DNA of 56,525 nucleotides from Myxococcales bacterium (GTDB lineage: Bacteria; Myxococcota; Myxococcia; Myxococcales; 40CM-4-68-19). Location: NCBI GenBank assembly GCA_045802855.1, contig JBJMQD010000095.1, forward strand, positions 1-56,525, written 5' to 3'. Positions 39,895-49,961 of the stretch are shown here, piece after piece. Both the position numbers and the translations under genes were made by a program. Position 1 is the first letter of the stretch; each line of letters begins with the position of its first letter. The notes beneath the pieces were generated by a model, which did no database searches, was not told the DNA's origin, and worked only from the letters and a program-made list of their open reading frames with translations.

Positions 39895-40986
39895 TCACTG
39901 CTGGATCTGCACTCCGAACTGGATCCCGGTGGTGCTTGCCGCGGCCGGCACCTCCCGGTGCTGCACGGTGAGTGCAAGCCGTGCGCTATGCCCGTCGATG
40001 ATGTAGTTCAGCCCACCGTCGATTGCCCGGGTGGAATCTCCTCCCCCAGTGGGCATGAACTGCTGGTACCGGACCATGGGCTGGATCTTTCCGAAGCCGA
40101 GCTTCTGCCCGACGAGATAGCTCGCGAGCACGAAGAAGCTCTGGCCCTGATCTCCCTCCTCGAAGTCGTAGTAGGAGCCCTCCAAAGTGAGGGCGTCCGA
40201 TCCCAGGAGCGGACGCTCGAACAGGACGTCGAAGTTGAATCCGAGCAGGTCCTTGGTGGTCCCGGTCGCGGTGTTGGTCACGCCGTTACGCTGGTACTGC
40301 ACGGACCCGCCCACGGCGAGCACCGACTTCGTGCCGTAATAAGTGCTGCTGTTGTAGTACCCGGGCTCCGGGTCGAGGAAGTTGTACGTCAGGCGACCCG
40401 TGTAGATGCCCTGCTTTGCCGGGGTGTTCGAGTTGGTGGTGAAGACGCCGGTCTGGTACTTGAACTTCCCGCCGCCGGTCTGGCCCCAGAGGGCGAATCC
40501 GTCGTCGCGTCCGGCGTAGATCGACGGATAGCCGTTGACCACGTCCGGATAGAACCATGCGTTCTGGTAGTACGGGCCAGACAGGTTGGCTCGGTCCGAA
40601 GGCGGCAGGAAGCGGCCGAACCAGATGTTGAAAAACTGGCTCGGCTCGAACTGCGCGACTGCGTCGAGCACCCGGATGCGGCTCGCGTCCGCGGTGTTGA
40701 GATCGAGGTTGCCGGAGAACTTCAGCAACGGATGGATCTGGCCGTTGATGTAGGGGCGCACGTCGAGCGAGGTGACGCCGACGGTGTTGTTGTTCTCTTC
40801 CAGATTGGCGCCGCCCCCGACGCGAAGCCCGACTCCGTAATTGACGAACTTCTGCGGCGGAGCGGCCGCCTCGACCACGGGTGCCTTCGAATCGGAGGCA
40901 GTGGCGTCAGCCGGCGCATCCGCCGCGACAGCGCGGAAAGCGAGCAGGGTGACGAGCAGCAGGGACGATCTCGCGACGATGTTCAT
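39895..40986 (-). CDS. Outer-membrane beta-barrel porin, probably co-transcribed with urtA.
   Basis: Signal peptide MNIVARSSLLLVTLLAFRAVAADA. Many amphipathic strands rich in Y/G/N (GRLTYNFLD, LAVGGSVQYQ, LTLEGSYYDFE, FFVLASYLVG, IDGGLNYIIDG). It starts 22 nt downstream of the urtA stop. Confidence 0.65.
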   Translation of the reverse strand: MNIVARSSLLLVTLLAFRAVAADAPADATASDSKAPVVEAAAPPQKFVNYGVGLRVGGGANLEENNNTVGVTSLDVRPYINGQIHPLLKFSGNLDLNTADASRIRVLDAVAQFEPSQFFNIWFGRFLPPSDRANLSGPYYQNAWFYPDVVNGYPSIYAGRDDGFALWGQTGGGKFKYQTGVFTTNSNTPAKQGIYTGRLTYNFLDPEPGYYNSSTYYGTKSVLAVGGSVQYQRNGVTNTATGTTKDLLGFNFDVLFERPLLGSDALTLEGSYYDFEEGDQGQSFFVLASYLVGQKLGFGKIQPMVRYQQFMPTGGGDSTRAIDGGLNYIIDGHSARLALTVQHREVPAAASTTGIQFGVQIQQ

Positions 40987-41008
40987 GGGACCCCTCCCGG
41001 TCGCGAGA

Positions 41009-42256
41009 TCAGCGCTGCGCCTGCTGCTTCTTCTCGTTCCCCGCTATGAAGGGGCTCCAGGGCTGCGCGCGGACGGGACCGTCGGTCTTCCACACCACGT
41101 CGAACTGGCCGTTCCCCTGCACTTCCCCGATCATCACCGGCTTCCACAGGTGGTGATTCGTCTCGTCCATCTTCAGCGTGTAGCCGGAGGGCGCCTTGTA
41201 GGTCTGCCCCGCCATCGCCTTGCGGACCTCGTCCACCTTGGTGGTGCCGGCCTTCTGCACGGCCTGCGCCCACATGTGGATGCCGACGTACGTCGCTTCC
41301 ATCGGGTCATTGGTGACCCGCGAATCGCCGCCGGGGAGATTGTGCTTCTTCACGTACGCCTTCCACTTCTTGATGAACTCGGTATTGACCGGGTTCTTCA
41401 CCGACATGAAGTAGTTCCAGGCGGCGAGATGGCCGACGAGGGGCTTCGTGTCGATGCCTCGCAGCTCCTCCTCGCCCACGGAGAACGCGACGACAGGAAT
41501 GTCGGTCGCCTTCAGCCCCTGGTTCCCGAGCTCCTTGTAGAAGGGGACATTGCTGTCGCCGTTGATGGTGGAGATGACAGCCGTGCGCCCGCCCGCGCCG
41601 AACGCTTTGATCTGCGAAACGATCGTCTGGTAGTCGCTGTGCCCGAACGGTGTGTAGATCTCCTCGATGTCCTTCTCGGCCACGCCCTTGCTCTTGAGGA
41701 AGGCGCGCAGGATCTTGTTGGTCGTGCGCGGGTAGACGTAGTCGGTGCCGAGGAGGAAGAAGCGGGTCGCGCCGCCGCCTTCCTTCGACATCAGGTATTC
41801 GACCGCCGGGATCGCCTGCTGGTTCGGGGCGGCGCCCGTGTAGAACACGTTCTGCGACAGCTCCTCTCCCTCGTACTGCACGGGGTAGTAGAGCAGCCCG
41901 TTCAGCTCCTCGAACACCGGGAGCACCGACTTGCGCGAGACCGAGGTCCAGCAGCCGAAGACGGCCGCCACCTTGTCCTGCGAGATGAGCTGGCGCGCCT
42001 TCTCCGCGAAGAGGGGCCAGTTGGAGGCGGGATCGACCACCACGGGCTCGATCTTCATGCCCAGGATTCCGCCCTTGGCGTTGATCTCTTCGAACGTCAT
42101 GAGCGCGACGTCCTTGAGCGACGTCTCACTGATCGCCATCGTCCCCGAGAGCGAATGGAGGACGCCGACCTTGATGGTGCCCGCGGCGCGCGACTGCGCC
42201 GCCACGAGCAGCAAACCTGCGAGGACCGCGAACGAGCTACGCCTTCCGATTGTCAT
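41009..42256 (-). CDS. urtA: Urea ABC transporter substrate-binding protein UrtA.
   Basis: The signal peptide is followed by TIKVGVLHSLSGTMAISETSLKDVALMTFEEINAKGGILG...VFGCWTSVSRKSVLPVFEE..., the UrtA signature. It is divergent from urtBCDE. Confidence 0.9.
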   Translation of the reverse strand: MTIGRRSSFAVLAGLLLVAAQSRAAGTIKVGVLHSLSGTMAISETSLKDVALMTFEEINAKGGILGMKIEPVVVDPASNWPLFAEKARQLISQDKVAAVFGCWTSVSRKSVLPVFEELNGLLYYPVQYEGEELSQNVFYTGAAPNQQAIPAVEYLMSKEGGGATRFFLLGTDYVYPRTTNKILRAFLKSKGVAEKDIEEIYTPFGHSDYQTIVSQIKAFGAGGRTAVISTINGDSNVPFYKELGNQGLKATDIPVVAFSVGEEELRGIDTKPLVGHLAAWNYFMSVKNPVNTEFIKKWKAYVKKHNLPGGDSRVTNDPMEATYVGIHMWAQAVQKAGTTKVDEVRKAMAGQTYKAPSGYTLKMDETNHHLWKPVMIGEVQGNGQFDVVWKTDGPVRAQPWSPFIAGNEKKQQAQR

Positions 42257-42298
42257 CTTGTTGCCTCCCTGGGGGCCCTGCCTCGCTGCGATTTGTCA

Positions 42299-42313
42299 GC
42301 AAGAAGCAAGCCA
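42299..42313 (-). promoter_or_regulatory. Candidate sigma-54 promoter of urtA-porin.
   Basis: The minus strand reads TGGCTT-GCTTC-TTGCT, with correct GG-N10-GC spacing, 42 nt upstream of the urtA ATG. It is supported by the 12-mer 66 nt further upstream. The -24 element is imperfect. Confidence 0.45.
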
Positions 42314-42379
42314 CGGAGGAACAGCACTTGCCGGCTGCGCGCCGCTCTGTGGACGATTCCATCTGGTCCGGAGGGAATC

Positions 42380-42391
42380 GACAATTTCGTC
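42380..42391 (+). promoter_or_regulatory. AT-rich 12-mer GACAATTTCGTC, copy 3, in the urtA/urtB divergent region.
   Basis: An exact copy of the amt-region 12-mer, in the same orientation and at a similar distance relative to the minus-strand sigma-54-type promoter. Confidence 0.45.
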
Positions 42392-42483
42392 GATCTGAAA
42401 AGTTGTCACACGAAAACGTAGGATCTGGCGGCGTGGCTGGCGATCCCCGACGAGGGGGTGTTAAGCACGATCGCGGAGGGTCG

Positions 42484-44067
42484 ATGAGGTTGGCATCCGT
42501 GCTCGCTTCCTGTCTGCTTCTCGCTTCCGCGGCTGCCAGCGCCCTCACTCCGGACGACTTGCACAAGCTCGCCTCGGCCGAGTCGGCGGGGAAGCTCGTC
42601 GACCAGATCGACACGATCGTCGCTCGCGGCGATCCGGCGGATGCCGCCGTGCTCCGCGGTCTCCTCGAGGGCAGGCTGTGGGCGCTCGGGGATCAGGTCC
42701 TCCTCGACGAGGGCGGAGCGGTTCGCGATCTCGTCTCGGGAAAACTCGTCGCGGAGCTTCCGGCGGACGCCGAGAAGATCTCCATCAACAACCGCGTACG
42801 TCGCTCGCTCGAGCGGGGCCTCGCGGCACTGGGGCTCTTCGCGCCGGGCGCGCCCGAACGGCTCGCCGCGGCCCGCTCGCTGCAGGACTCCGGCGATGCC
42901 GAGCAACTGCCGCTGGTAGCGCGCGCCCTCGCGGTCGAGAAGGATCCCCAGGTGAAGGAGACGCTTCTGTCGGTCCAGGGAGCGCTGCTTCTCGCGAGCC
43001 CGCGCGCCTCCGAGCGGCTTGCCGCCATCGAGATCCTGCTGCGCGACCCGACCACTCGTAACCGGCGCCTCCTCGTCGAGAGGGTGTCTCCCGAAACCGA
43101 CGAAAACGTCCGTCAGGCGCTCACCGCCGGGATCCAGCGCATCGATCGATCGCTCGCCCGGGCGGAGGTGATCGGCTGGGTCTTCGGCGGCCTCAGCCTC
43201 GGCAGCGTTCTGCTCCTCGCCGCGCTCGGCCTCTCCATCACCTTCGGGCTGATGGGCGTCATCAACATGGCCCACGGCGAGCTACTGATGATCGGCGCCT
43301 ACGCCACCTACGTCGTGCAGACGTTCTTCCGCGCCCACCTTCCCGGAGGCCTCTCCTTCTATCTCCTCGCCGCCGCGCCCATCGCCTTCCTGGCGGCGGC
43401 CTTTGCCGGAATGCTGCTCGAGATCTTCGTCGTGCGGCCCCTCTACGGGCGCCCGCTCGAGACGCTCCTCGCCACCTGGGGCGCGAGCCTTCTCTTCATC
43501 CAGATCGTGCGCGGGATCTTCGGCGCGCAGAACGTCGAGGTGGCGAATCCGCCCTGGATGTCCGGCGGCGTGAAGGCCATGCCCGGGCTCGTCCTCCCCT
43601 ACAACCGGCTGGCGATCATCGCCTTCGCCGTTGCGGTGCTCTGCATCGTCTGGCTCCTCCTCGAGCGCACGCGGCTCGGGCTCCTCGTCCGCGCCGTCAT
43701 GCAGAACCGCGGCATCGCGGGCGGGCTCGGCGTGTCGACGCCGTGGATCGACCGGCTCGCCTTCGCGCTCGGGGGCGGCATCGCCGGGCTGTCCGGCTGC
43801 GCGCTCTCGCAGATCGGCAACGTCGGCCCCGAGCTCGGGCAGGGCTTCATCGTCGACTCGTTCATGGTGGTCGTTCTCGGAGGGGTGGGACAGCTCGCCG
43901 GAACCGTGATCGCCGCCGCCGGCCTCGGGCAGGTGAACAAGCTGCTCGAGCCCTACGCCGGCGCGGTGCTCGCCAAGATCGCCGTTCTCGCCTTCATCAT
44001 CATCTTCATCCAGCGGCGGCCGCAGGGGCTCTTCGCTCCGCGGGGGCGGGCGGCGGAGGAGGCGTGA
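42484..44067 (+). CDS. urtB: Urea ABC transporter permease UrtB with an N-terminal periplasmic extension of about 215 aa.
   Basis: This is ORF 42250..44067, trimmed to MRLASVLASCLLLASAAASA (ATG 42484, with GGAGGG upstream). The C-terminal half is a LivH-like permease (GLSITFGLMGVINMAHGELLMIGAY). Confidence 0.85.
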   Translation: MRLASVLASCLLLASAAASALTPDDLHKLASAESAGKLVDQIDTIVARGDPADAAVLRGLLEGRLWALGDQVLLDEGGAVRDLVSGKLVAELPADAEKISINNRVRRSLERGLAALGLFAPGAPERLAAARSLQDSGDAEQLPLVARALAVEKDPQVKETLLSVQGALLLASPRASERLAAIEILLRDPTTRNRRLLVERVSPETDENVRQALTAGIQRIDRSLARAEVIGWVFGGLSLGSVLLLAALGLSITFGLMGVINMAHGELLMIGAYATYVVQTFFRAHLPGGLSFYLLAAAPIAFLAAAFAGMLLEIFVVRPLYGRPLETLLATWGASLLFIQIVRGIFGAQNVEVANPPWMSGGVKAMPGLVLPYNRLAIIAFAVAVLCIVWLLLERTRLGLLVRAVMQNRGIAGGLGVSTPWIDRLAFALGGGIAGLSGCALSQIGNVGPELGQGFIVDSFMVVVLGGVGQLAGTVIAAAGLGQVNKLLEPYAGAVLAKIAVLAFIIIFIQRRPQGLFAPRGRAAEEA

Positions 44068-45203
44068 CCCTCTCGCAGCGCAACCGGCCGCGCCTGCCTC
44101 TCGCCGTGGCGATCACGCTCGGCGCGTATCTGCTCCTCGTCGTCGCCTTCCCGGTCTGCAACCTGCTCGTCCCGGCGGGAAAGGGCCTCCACCTCTCCGA
44201 CTACGCAGTCGGGCTCGTGGGCAAGATCCTCTGCTACGCGATGGTGGCGGTGGCGCTCGATCTCATCTGGGGATTCGGCGGCATCCTCAGCCTCGGGCAC
44301 GGTCTATTCTTCGCCCTCGGCGGCTACGCGATGGGCATGTATCTCATGCGCTCGATCGGCCGCGAAGGGGTGTACGGGAGCGCCCTTCCCGACTTCATGG
44401 TCTTTCTCGACTGGAAGGAATTGCCCTGGTACTGGCGCGGCACCGAGCACTTCCTCTGGGCCCTCGCGCTCGTCGTGCTCGCTCCGGGCCTTCTCGCCTT
44501 CGTCTTCGGATTCTTCGCCTTCCGCTCGCGCATCAAGGGCGTCTACTTCGCCATCATCACGCAGGCGCTGACCTACGCCTTCATGCTTCTCTTCTTCCGC
44601 AACGCGACCGGCTTCGGGGGCAACAACGGATTCACCGATTTCAAGCGGATCCTCGGGTTCCCGCTCGCCGACTCGCGCACGAAGATGGTGCTCTTCGTGC
44701 TCACGGCCACGGCGCTCCTCGGGGAGCTCGCTTTGTGCCGATTCATCGTGGAGTCGAAGCTCGGGCGCGTCCTCACCGCCATCCGCGACGAGGAGAGCCG
44801 CCTGCGCTTCTGCGGGTATGAAACGACCCGCTACAAGGTGTTCGTCTTCACCCTCTCCGCCGTGCTCTGCGGGATCGCCGGTGCGCTCTACGTGCCGCAG
44901 GTGGGGATCATCAACCCGAGCGAGATGTCCCCCGCGAGCTCGATCGAGATCGCCATCTGGGTCGCGGCGGGCGGAAGGGGAACGCTGCTCGGCCCGCTCC
45001 TCGGCGCGGTGGCGGTGAACGGCGCGAAGAGCTTTCTCACGGTCGCGTTCCCGGACGCATGGCTCTACGCGCTCGGGCTCATGTTCATCCTCATCACGCG
45101 CTACCTGCCGCGCGGCCTGGCGTCCCTCCTCCTGCGCGCGCCGCGCGCGCCGCGAGCCCGCATCACGCACTCGCCCGCTGTGGCCCCCGAGAGGTCCGCG
45201 TGA
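44064..45203 (+). CDS. urtC: Urea ABC transporter permease UrtC.
   Basis: GTG 44064 overlaps the urtB stop (GTGA). It is a LivM-like permease (LDLIWGFGGILSLGHGLFFALGGYAMGMYL). Confidence 0.85.
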   Translation: MTLSQRNRPRLPLAVAITLGAYLLLVVAFPVCNLLVPAGKGLHLSDYAVGLVGKILCYAMVAVALDLIWGFGGILSLGHGLFFALGGYAMGMYLMRSIGREGVYGSALPDFMVFLDWKELPWYWRGTEHFLWALALVVLAPGLLAFVFGFFAFRSRIKGVYFAIITQALTYAFMLLFFRNATGFGGNNGFTDFKRILGFPLADSRTKMVLFVLTATALLGELALCRFIVESKLGRVLTAIRDEESRLRFCGYETTRYKVFVFTLSAVLCGIAGALYVPQVGIINPSEMSPASSIEIAIWVAAGGRGTLLGPLLGAVAVNGAKSFLTVAFPDAWLYALGLMFILITRYLPRGLASLLLRAPRAPRARITHSPAVAPERSA

Positions 45204-45955
45204 AGCTGGACACGGCGGCGGGACCGGTCCTCTACCTCGACGGCGTGACCGTCGCCTTCGACGGGTTCCGGGCGCTGAACGGCCTCAGCTTCGTGGTGGA
45301 GCCCGGAGAGCTGCGCTGCGTGATCGGTCCCAACGGCGCCGGCAAGACCACGATGATGGACGTCATCACCGGAAAGACGCGTCCCGACACCGGCGAAGCG
45401 TTCTTCGGCCAGGCGAACGATCTGACGAGAATGTCGGAGACGGAGATCGCCACGCTCGGGATCGGGCGCAAGTTCCAGAAGCCCACCGTGTTCCGCAACC
45501 ACACCGTCTGGCAGAACCTGGAGCTTGCCCTCGACGCCGGGAAGGGAATCTTCCCCACGCTGACCGCGCGCCTCACCAGCGAACAGGAAGGCCGTATCGA
45601 CACCGTGCTGGGGGTCATCGGCCTGCGCGAAGAAGCGAATCGGACCGCCGATCTCCTCTCGCACGGGCAGAAGCAGTGGCTGGAGATCGGCATCCTCCTC
45701 GTCCAGGATCCGAAGCTGCTGCTCCTCGACGAGCCAGTCGCCGGAATGACCGACTACGAGACCGCCCGCACGGCGGAGCTCGTGCAATCTCTCGCCGGCA
45801 AGCATTCGGTGGTGGTGGTGGAGCACGACATGCAATTCGTCGCCAGCATCGCGCGCACGGTCACCGTGCTGCACGAGGGAAAGGTGATCGCCGAGGGGCC
45901 GATGGACAGGGTGCGCGCCGACGACCGGGTCGTCGAAGTCTATCTGGGACGCTGA
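45200..45955 (+). CDS. urtD: Urea ABC transporter ATP-binding protein UrtD.
   Basis: GTG 45200 overlaps the urtC stop. Walker A GPNGAGKTT, signature LSHGQKQWLEI and Walker B LLLLDEP are present. Confidence 0.85.
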   Translation: MKLDTAAGPVLYLDGVTVAFDGFRALNGLSFVVEPGELRCVIGPNGAGKTTMMDVITGKTRPDTGEAFFGQANDLTRMSETEIATLGIGRKFQKPTVFRNHTVWQNLELALDAGKGIFPTLTARLTSEQEGRIDTVLGVIGLREEANRTADLLSHGQKQWLEIGILLVQDPKLLLLDEPVAGMTDYETARTAELVQSLAGKHSVVVVEHDMQFVASIARTVTVLHEGKVIAEGPMDRVRADDRVVEVYLGR

Positions 45956-46647
45956 TGCTGCAGATCCGCGGGCTCACCCAGTACTACGGCGGCAGCAACG
46001 TGCTGCGCGGGATCGATCTGGACGTTCCCAAAGGGAGTTGCGTCGCGCTCCTCGGCCGCAACGGCGTCGGCAAGACGACGCTGCTCCGCTGCATCATGGG
46101 GATGCTGCCCGTCCGCTCGGGCACCATCCGGTTCGAGGACAAGGACGTGACCAGGCTCTCGCCCTACGAGCGGGCGCGGCGCGGCATCGGCTACGTCCCG
46201 CAGGGGCGCGAGATCTTTCCCCGGCTGACGGTCGCGGAGAACATCGCGGTGGGCGAGTCGGCCGCTCGCGGCCGCGAGAGCGCCCCCCTCGACGAGTTGT
46301 TCGCGCTCTTCCCCGCGCTCTCCGCCATGCGCAACCGGCGCGGCGGAGATCTCTCCGGCGGCCAGCAGCAGCAACTCGCCATCGTCCGCGCTCTGGTCGG
46401 ACGGCCCTCCCTGCTCCTCCTCGACGAGCCCACCGAAGGGATCCAGCCCTCGATCGTAAAGGACATCGAGCGCGTGCTGCGCCTGTTGCAGGGCCGCGGG
46501 ATGACCATCCTGCTCGTGGAGCAGTACGTCGAGTTCGCCCGGGCTCTCGCGCAGGAGTACGCCATCCTCGACCGCGGAGAGGTCGTCGGCCGGGGCCGCG
46601 TCGCGGACCTCCGTCCCGAGGAGATGCGCCGCCACCTGGCGGTGTAG
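45955..46647 (+). CDS. urtE: Urea ABC transporter ATP-binding protein UrtE.
   Basis: ATG 45955 overlaps the urtD stop (TGATG). Walker A GRNGVGKTT, signature LSGGQQQQLAI and Walker B LLLLDEP are present. Confidence 0.85.
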   Translation: MLQIRGLTQYYGGSNVLRGIDLDVPKGSCVALLGRNGVGKTTLLRCIMGMLPVRSGTIRFEDKDVTRLSPYERARRGIGYVPQGREIFPRLTVAENIAVGESAARGRESAPLDELFALFPALSAMRNRRGGDLSGGQQQQLAIVRALVGRPSLLLLDEPTEGIQPSIVKDIERVLRLLQGRGMTILLVEQYVEFARALAQEYAILDRGEVVGRGRVADLRPEEMRRHLAV

Positions 46648-46649
46648 CC

Positions 46650-47495
46650 GTGCGCAACCCCCGCCTCATCGAACCGGAGTCGCCCGTTCCGGCGCGACTC
46701 GTCTTCGAGCGGGCGGGTCCGCACACGATCGTGCGATCGGCCCGTCCGATGGGGCCCCTCCGGCTCCTCACCCCTCGCAACCATGGCCACGCCGCCTGGG
46801 CCTACCTGAGCAGCCTGGGCGGCGGATTCGTGGACGGAGATTCGGTCCGCCTCGATCTGCGCGTCGATCGCGATGCGGCGGCGTTCGTCTCGACGCAAGG
46901 AGCGACCCGCGTCTACCGATCGCCGCGCGGCTGCGCCAGCGAGACGACGGCGGAGGTGGCGACGGGCGCGCTCCTCGCGATGGTTCCGGATCCCACCGTC
47001 TGCTTCGCGGGCGCCCGGTTCCGCTCGCGATGCTTCTTCGATCTCGCCGCGGACGGTTCGCTGGTTTTCCTTGACGCGCTGTGCGCGGGTCGGATGTCGC
47101 GTGGCGAGCGCTGGGCGTTCCGGAGCTACGCAAGCCGGCTGCGCCTCGCGATCGAGGGCGCGCTCGTCCTCGACGAGACGCTGCTGCTCGATCCCGGCCA
47201 TGGGCCGCTCGCGGAGCGCCTGGGCCGTTTCGATCTCTTCGCCACGCTGATCCTCGCGGGGTCGCGACTGGCAGGCGCGCGCGAGGCCCTGGCGGGCCGG
47301 ATCGAAGAGGCGCCTCTCGGCGTCCGCTCGCCCGTCGTCGAGAGCAAGAGCCGCCTCGGAAAAGATGCGCTGCTCGTACGGATGGCCGCCGTTTCCGTCG
47401 AGGAAGGCCTCGCCCGGATCCGGTCGCATCTGCAATTCCTGCCGGGGCTCCTCGGCGACGATCCCTTCTCCCGCAGAGGCATGCCATGCACCTGA
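46650..47495 (+). CDS. ureD: Urease accessory protein UreD (UreH).
   Basis: This is the C-terminal 281 aa of ORF 46038..47495, from GTG 46650. ...[21 protein letters not shown]...[12 protein letters not shown]... is typical of UreD, and the gene lies between urtE and the structural genes. Confidence 0.75.
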   Translation: MRNPRLIEPESPVPARLVFERAGPHTIVRSARPMGPLRLLTPRNHGHAAWAYLSSLGGGFVDGDSVRLDLRVDRDAAAFVSTQGATRVYRSPRGCASETTAEVATGALLAMVPDPTVCFAGARFRSRCFFDLAADGSLVFLDALCAGRMSRGERWAFRSYASRLRLAIEGALVLDETLLLDPGHGPLAERLGRFDLFATLILAGSRLAGAREALAGRIEEAPLGVRSPVVESKSRLGKDALLVRMAAVSVEEGLARIRSHLQFLPGLLGDDPFSRRGMPCT

Positions 47496-48247
47496 CCCCT
47501 CGCGAGATCGACAAGCTCCTCCTCCACCAGGCGGGCTTCCTCGCCCAGAAGCGGCTTGCCCGCGGCCTGCGCCTGAACCTTCCCGAGGCGGTGGCGCTCC
47601 TGGCGACGCAGCTTCTCGAATTCATCCGCGACGGACGCGGCGTCTCGGAATTGATGGATCTGGGGCGCCGCATCCTCGGCCAGGCGGAAGTGATGGAAGG
47701 AGTCCCGGAAATGGTTCCCGAGGTGCAAGTGGAAGGCACCTTCGCGGACGGGACGAAGCTCGTCACCGTGCACCATCCCATCGCCGCCACGACGGGAGAT
47801 CTGGACCTGGCGCTCCACGGCAGCTTCTTGCCGATCCCCGATCGATCGCTGTTCGCACCGGCAAATCAGCCTGTCTCACCGGGGGAAGTGATGGCGGCCG
47901 AGGGTTCGATCGTCCTCAACGAGGGCCGCGAGACCGTCTCGATCCCGGTCACCAACCTCGGAGATCGGCCGATTCAAGTCGGGAGCCACTACCACTTCTT
48001 CGAGACGAACCGCGCGCTCTCCTTCGACCGCGCAAAGGCGTACGGAATGCGGCTCGACATTCCCGCCGGCAATGCGGTCCGGTTCGAGCCCGGCGAGCGC
48101 AAGACGGTGCAACTCGTCGCGCTGGCGGGCGCCCGGATCTCGCGCGGGGGAAACTCGCTCGCAGACGGGCCAATCGATGCCGCGGGCCGCAAAGCCGCGC
48201 TCGAGCGGGCGGTCTCGGAGGGGTTCAAGAACGAGGAGACGCCGTGA
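47486..48247 (+). CDS. ureAB: Fused urease gamma-beta subunit (UreA-UreB in one polypeptide).
   Basis: ATG 47486 ([35 protein letters not shown]...VTVHHPI is a full gamma subunit). A linker of about 30 aa follows, then [53 protein letters not shown], a full beta subunit. There is no stop between them. Confidence 0.85.
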   Translation: MHLTPREIDKLLLHQAGFLAQKRLARGLRLNLPEAVALLATQLLEFIRDGRGVSELMDLGRRILGQAEVMEGVPEMVPEVQVEGTFADGTKLVTVHHPIAATTGDLDLALHGSFLPIPDRSLFAPANQPVSPGEVMAAEGSIVLNEGRETVSIPVTNLGDRPIQVGSHYHFFETNRALSFDRAKAYGMRLDIPAGNAVRFEPGERKTVQLVALAGARISRGGNSLADGPIDAAGRKAALERAVSEGFKNEETP

Positions 48248-49953
48248 GCCGGACACTCGACCGGCGCCACTACGCCGACCTGTTCGGCCCGACCACCGGC
48301 GACCGCGTCCGGCTCGGGGACACGAACCTCGTCGCCCGCGTCGAGCGCGACGCGACCACCTACGGCGACGAGTGCAAGTTCGGCGGCGGCAAGGTGCTGC
48401 GCGACGGAATGGGGCAGATGGCGGGCGCCGCGGACGCGCTCGATTGCGTCATCACCAACGCGCTCGTCGTCGACTGGACCGGCATCTTCAAGGCCGACGT
48501 CGGCATCAAGGACGGCCGCATCGCCGGCATCGGCAAGGCCGGCAACCCGGACGTGATGGCCGGCGTGACGGAGGGAATGATCGTCGGCGTCACGACCGAG
48601 GCGATCGCGGGCGAGGGGCTCATCCTCACCGCGGGTGGAATCGACACGCACATCCATTTCATCTCGCCGCAGCAGGCATTCGAGGCGGTGGCGAGCGGGA
48701 TCACCACCTTCGTCGGCGGAGGAACCGGGCCTGCGACTGGCACCAACGCGACGACGTGCTCGCCCGGCGCGTGGAACATCCGCCGCATGCTGGAAGCGAC
48801 CGACGATCTGCCGCTCAACATGGGTTTCACCGGCAAGGGAAATACCTCCCGCCCCGAGGGACTCGTCGAGCAGATCCGCGCGGGAGCCATCGGGCTCAAG
48901 CTCCACGAGGACTGGGGCACGACGCCCGCCGCGATCGACTGCTGCCTCTCCTTCGCCGAGGGCGAGGACGTGCAGGTCACCATCCACACGGACACGCTCA
49001 ACGAGTCGGGCTACGTCGACGATTCGATCGCCGCCTTCAAGGGCCGGACCATCCACACCTACCACTCGGAAGGCGCGGGAGGCGGGCACGCGCCCGACAT
49101 CATCCGTGTCTGCGGCGAGCCGAACGTGCTCCCCAGCTCGACCAACCCGACACGCCCTTTCACGGTGCACACGCTGGAAGAGCACCTCGACATGATGATG
49201 GTCTGCCATCATCTCGATCGCGAGATCCCCGAGGACGTCGCCTTCGCGGAGAGCCGCATCCGGGGAGAGACCATCGCGGCGGAGGACATCCTGCACGACC
49301 TCGGCGCCATCAGCATGATCTCGAGCGACAGCCAGGCGATGGGGCGGGTGGGCGAGGTGATCGCCCGCACCTGGCAGACGGCGCACAAGATGCGCGAGCA
49401 GCGCGGGCCGCTCCCTTCCGAAATCGCCGGCGACGACAACCTCCGCATCCGCCGGTACGTGGCGAAGTACACGATCAATCCCGCCATCGCGCATGGCTTC
49501 GCGCACGAGGTCGGATCGGTCGAGCCCGGAAAGCTCGCCGACCTCGTCCTGTGGAAGCCGGCGCTGTTCGGGATCCGTCCCGAGATCGTGCTGAAGGGCG
49601 GCTTCATCGCCTGGGCGCAGATGGGCGATCCGGGAGCGTCGATCCCCACGCCGCAGCCCGTCTACATGCGGCCGATGTTCGGAGCGATGGGGAGGGCCGT
49701 GGGAGCGACGAGCCTCGCCTTCGTCTCGAAACGCGCCGCGGTCGAGGGGCGGCTCGAAACCCTGCGGCTGGGAAAGAGGCTCGTCCCGGTGAAGAACTGC
49801 CGGGGTCTCGGCAAGCGAGACATGAAGCTCAACGACGCGCTCCCCAGGATCTCCGTCGACCCGGAAACGTACGAGGTCCGCGCGGACGACGAGCTATTGC
49901 GGTGCGAGCCTTCCGCGACGCTTCCGCTCGCCCGGCGGTATTCGCTCTTCTGA
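48244..49953 (+). CDS. ureC: Urease alpha subunit UreC.
   Basis: GTG 48244 overlaps the ureAB stop (GTGA). [32 protein letters not shown] and MVCHHLD are present. Confidence 0.9.
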   Translation: MSRTLDRRHYADLFGPTTGDRVRLGDTNLVARVERDATTYGDECKFGGGKVLRDGMGQMAGAADALDCVITNALVVDWTGIFKADVGIKDGRIAGIGKAGNPDVMAGVTEGMIVGVTTEAIAGEGLILTAGGIDTHIHFISPQQAFEAVASGITTFVGGGTGPATGTNATTCSPGAWNIRRMLEATDDLPLNMGFTGKGNTSRPEGLVEQIRAGAIGLKLHEDWGTTPAAIDCCLSFAEGEDVQVTIHTDTLNESGYVDDSIAAFKGRTIHTYHSEGAGGGHAPDIIRVCGEPNVLPSSTNPTRPFTVHTLEEHLDMMMVCHHLDREIPEDVAFAESRIRGETIAAEDILHDLGAISMISSDSQAMGRVGEVIARTWQTAHKMREQRGPLPSEIAGDDNLRIRRYVAKYTINPAIAHGFAHEVGSVEPGKLADLVLWKPALFGIRPEIVLKGGFIAWAQMGDPGASIPTPQPVYMRPMFGAMGRAVGATSLAFVSKRAAVEGRLETLRLGKRLVPVKNCRGLGKRDMKLNDALPRISVDPETYEVRADDELLRCEPSATLPLARRYSLF

Positions 49954-49961
49954 GCCGCACG

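Noticed and set aside
42317-42331. A plus-strand element, AGGAAC-AGCAC-TTGCC, as a possible sigma-54 promoter for urtBCDE-ure.
   Set aside because: This is not fully rejected but is left unsupported. The spacing is right, but the -24 half is poor. It lies back-to-back with the minus-strand element, and the 12-mer would then lie downstream in a 150-nt leader. TSS data are needed.
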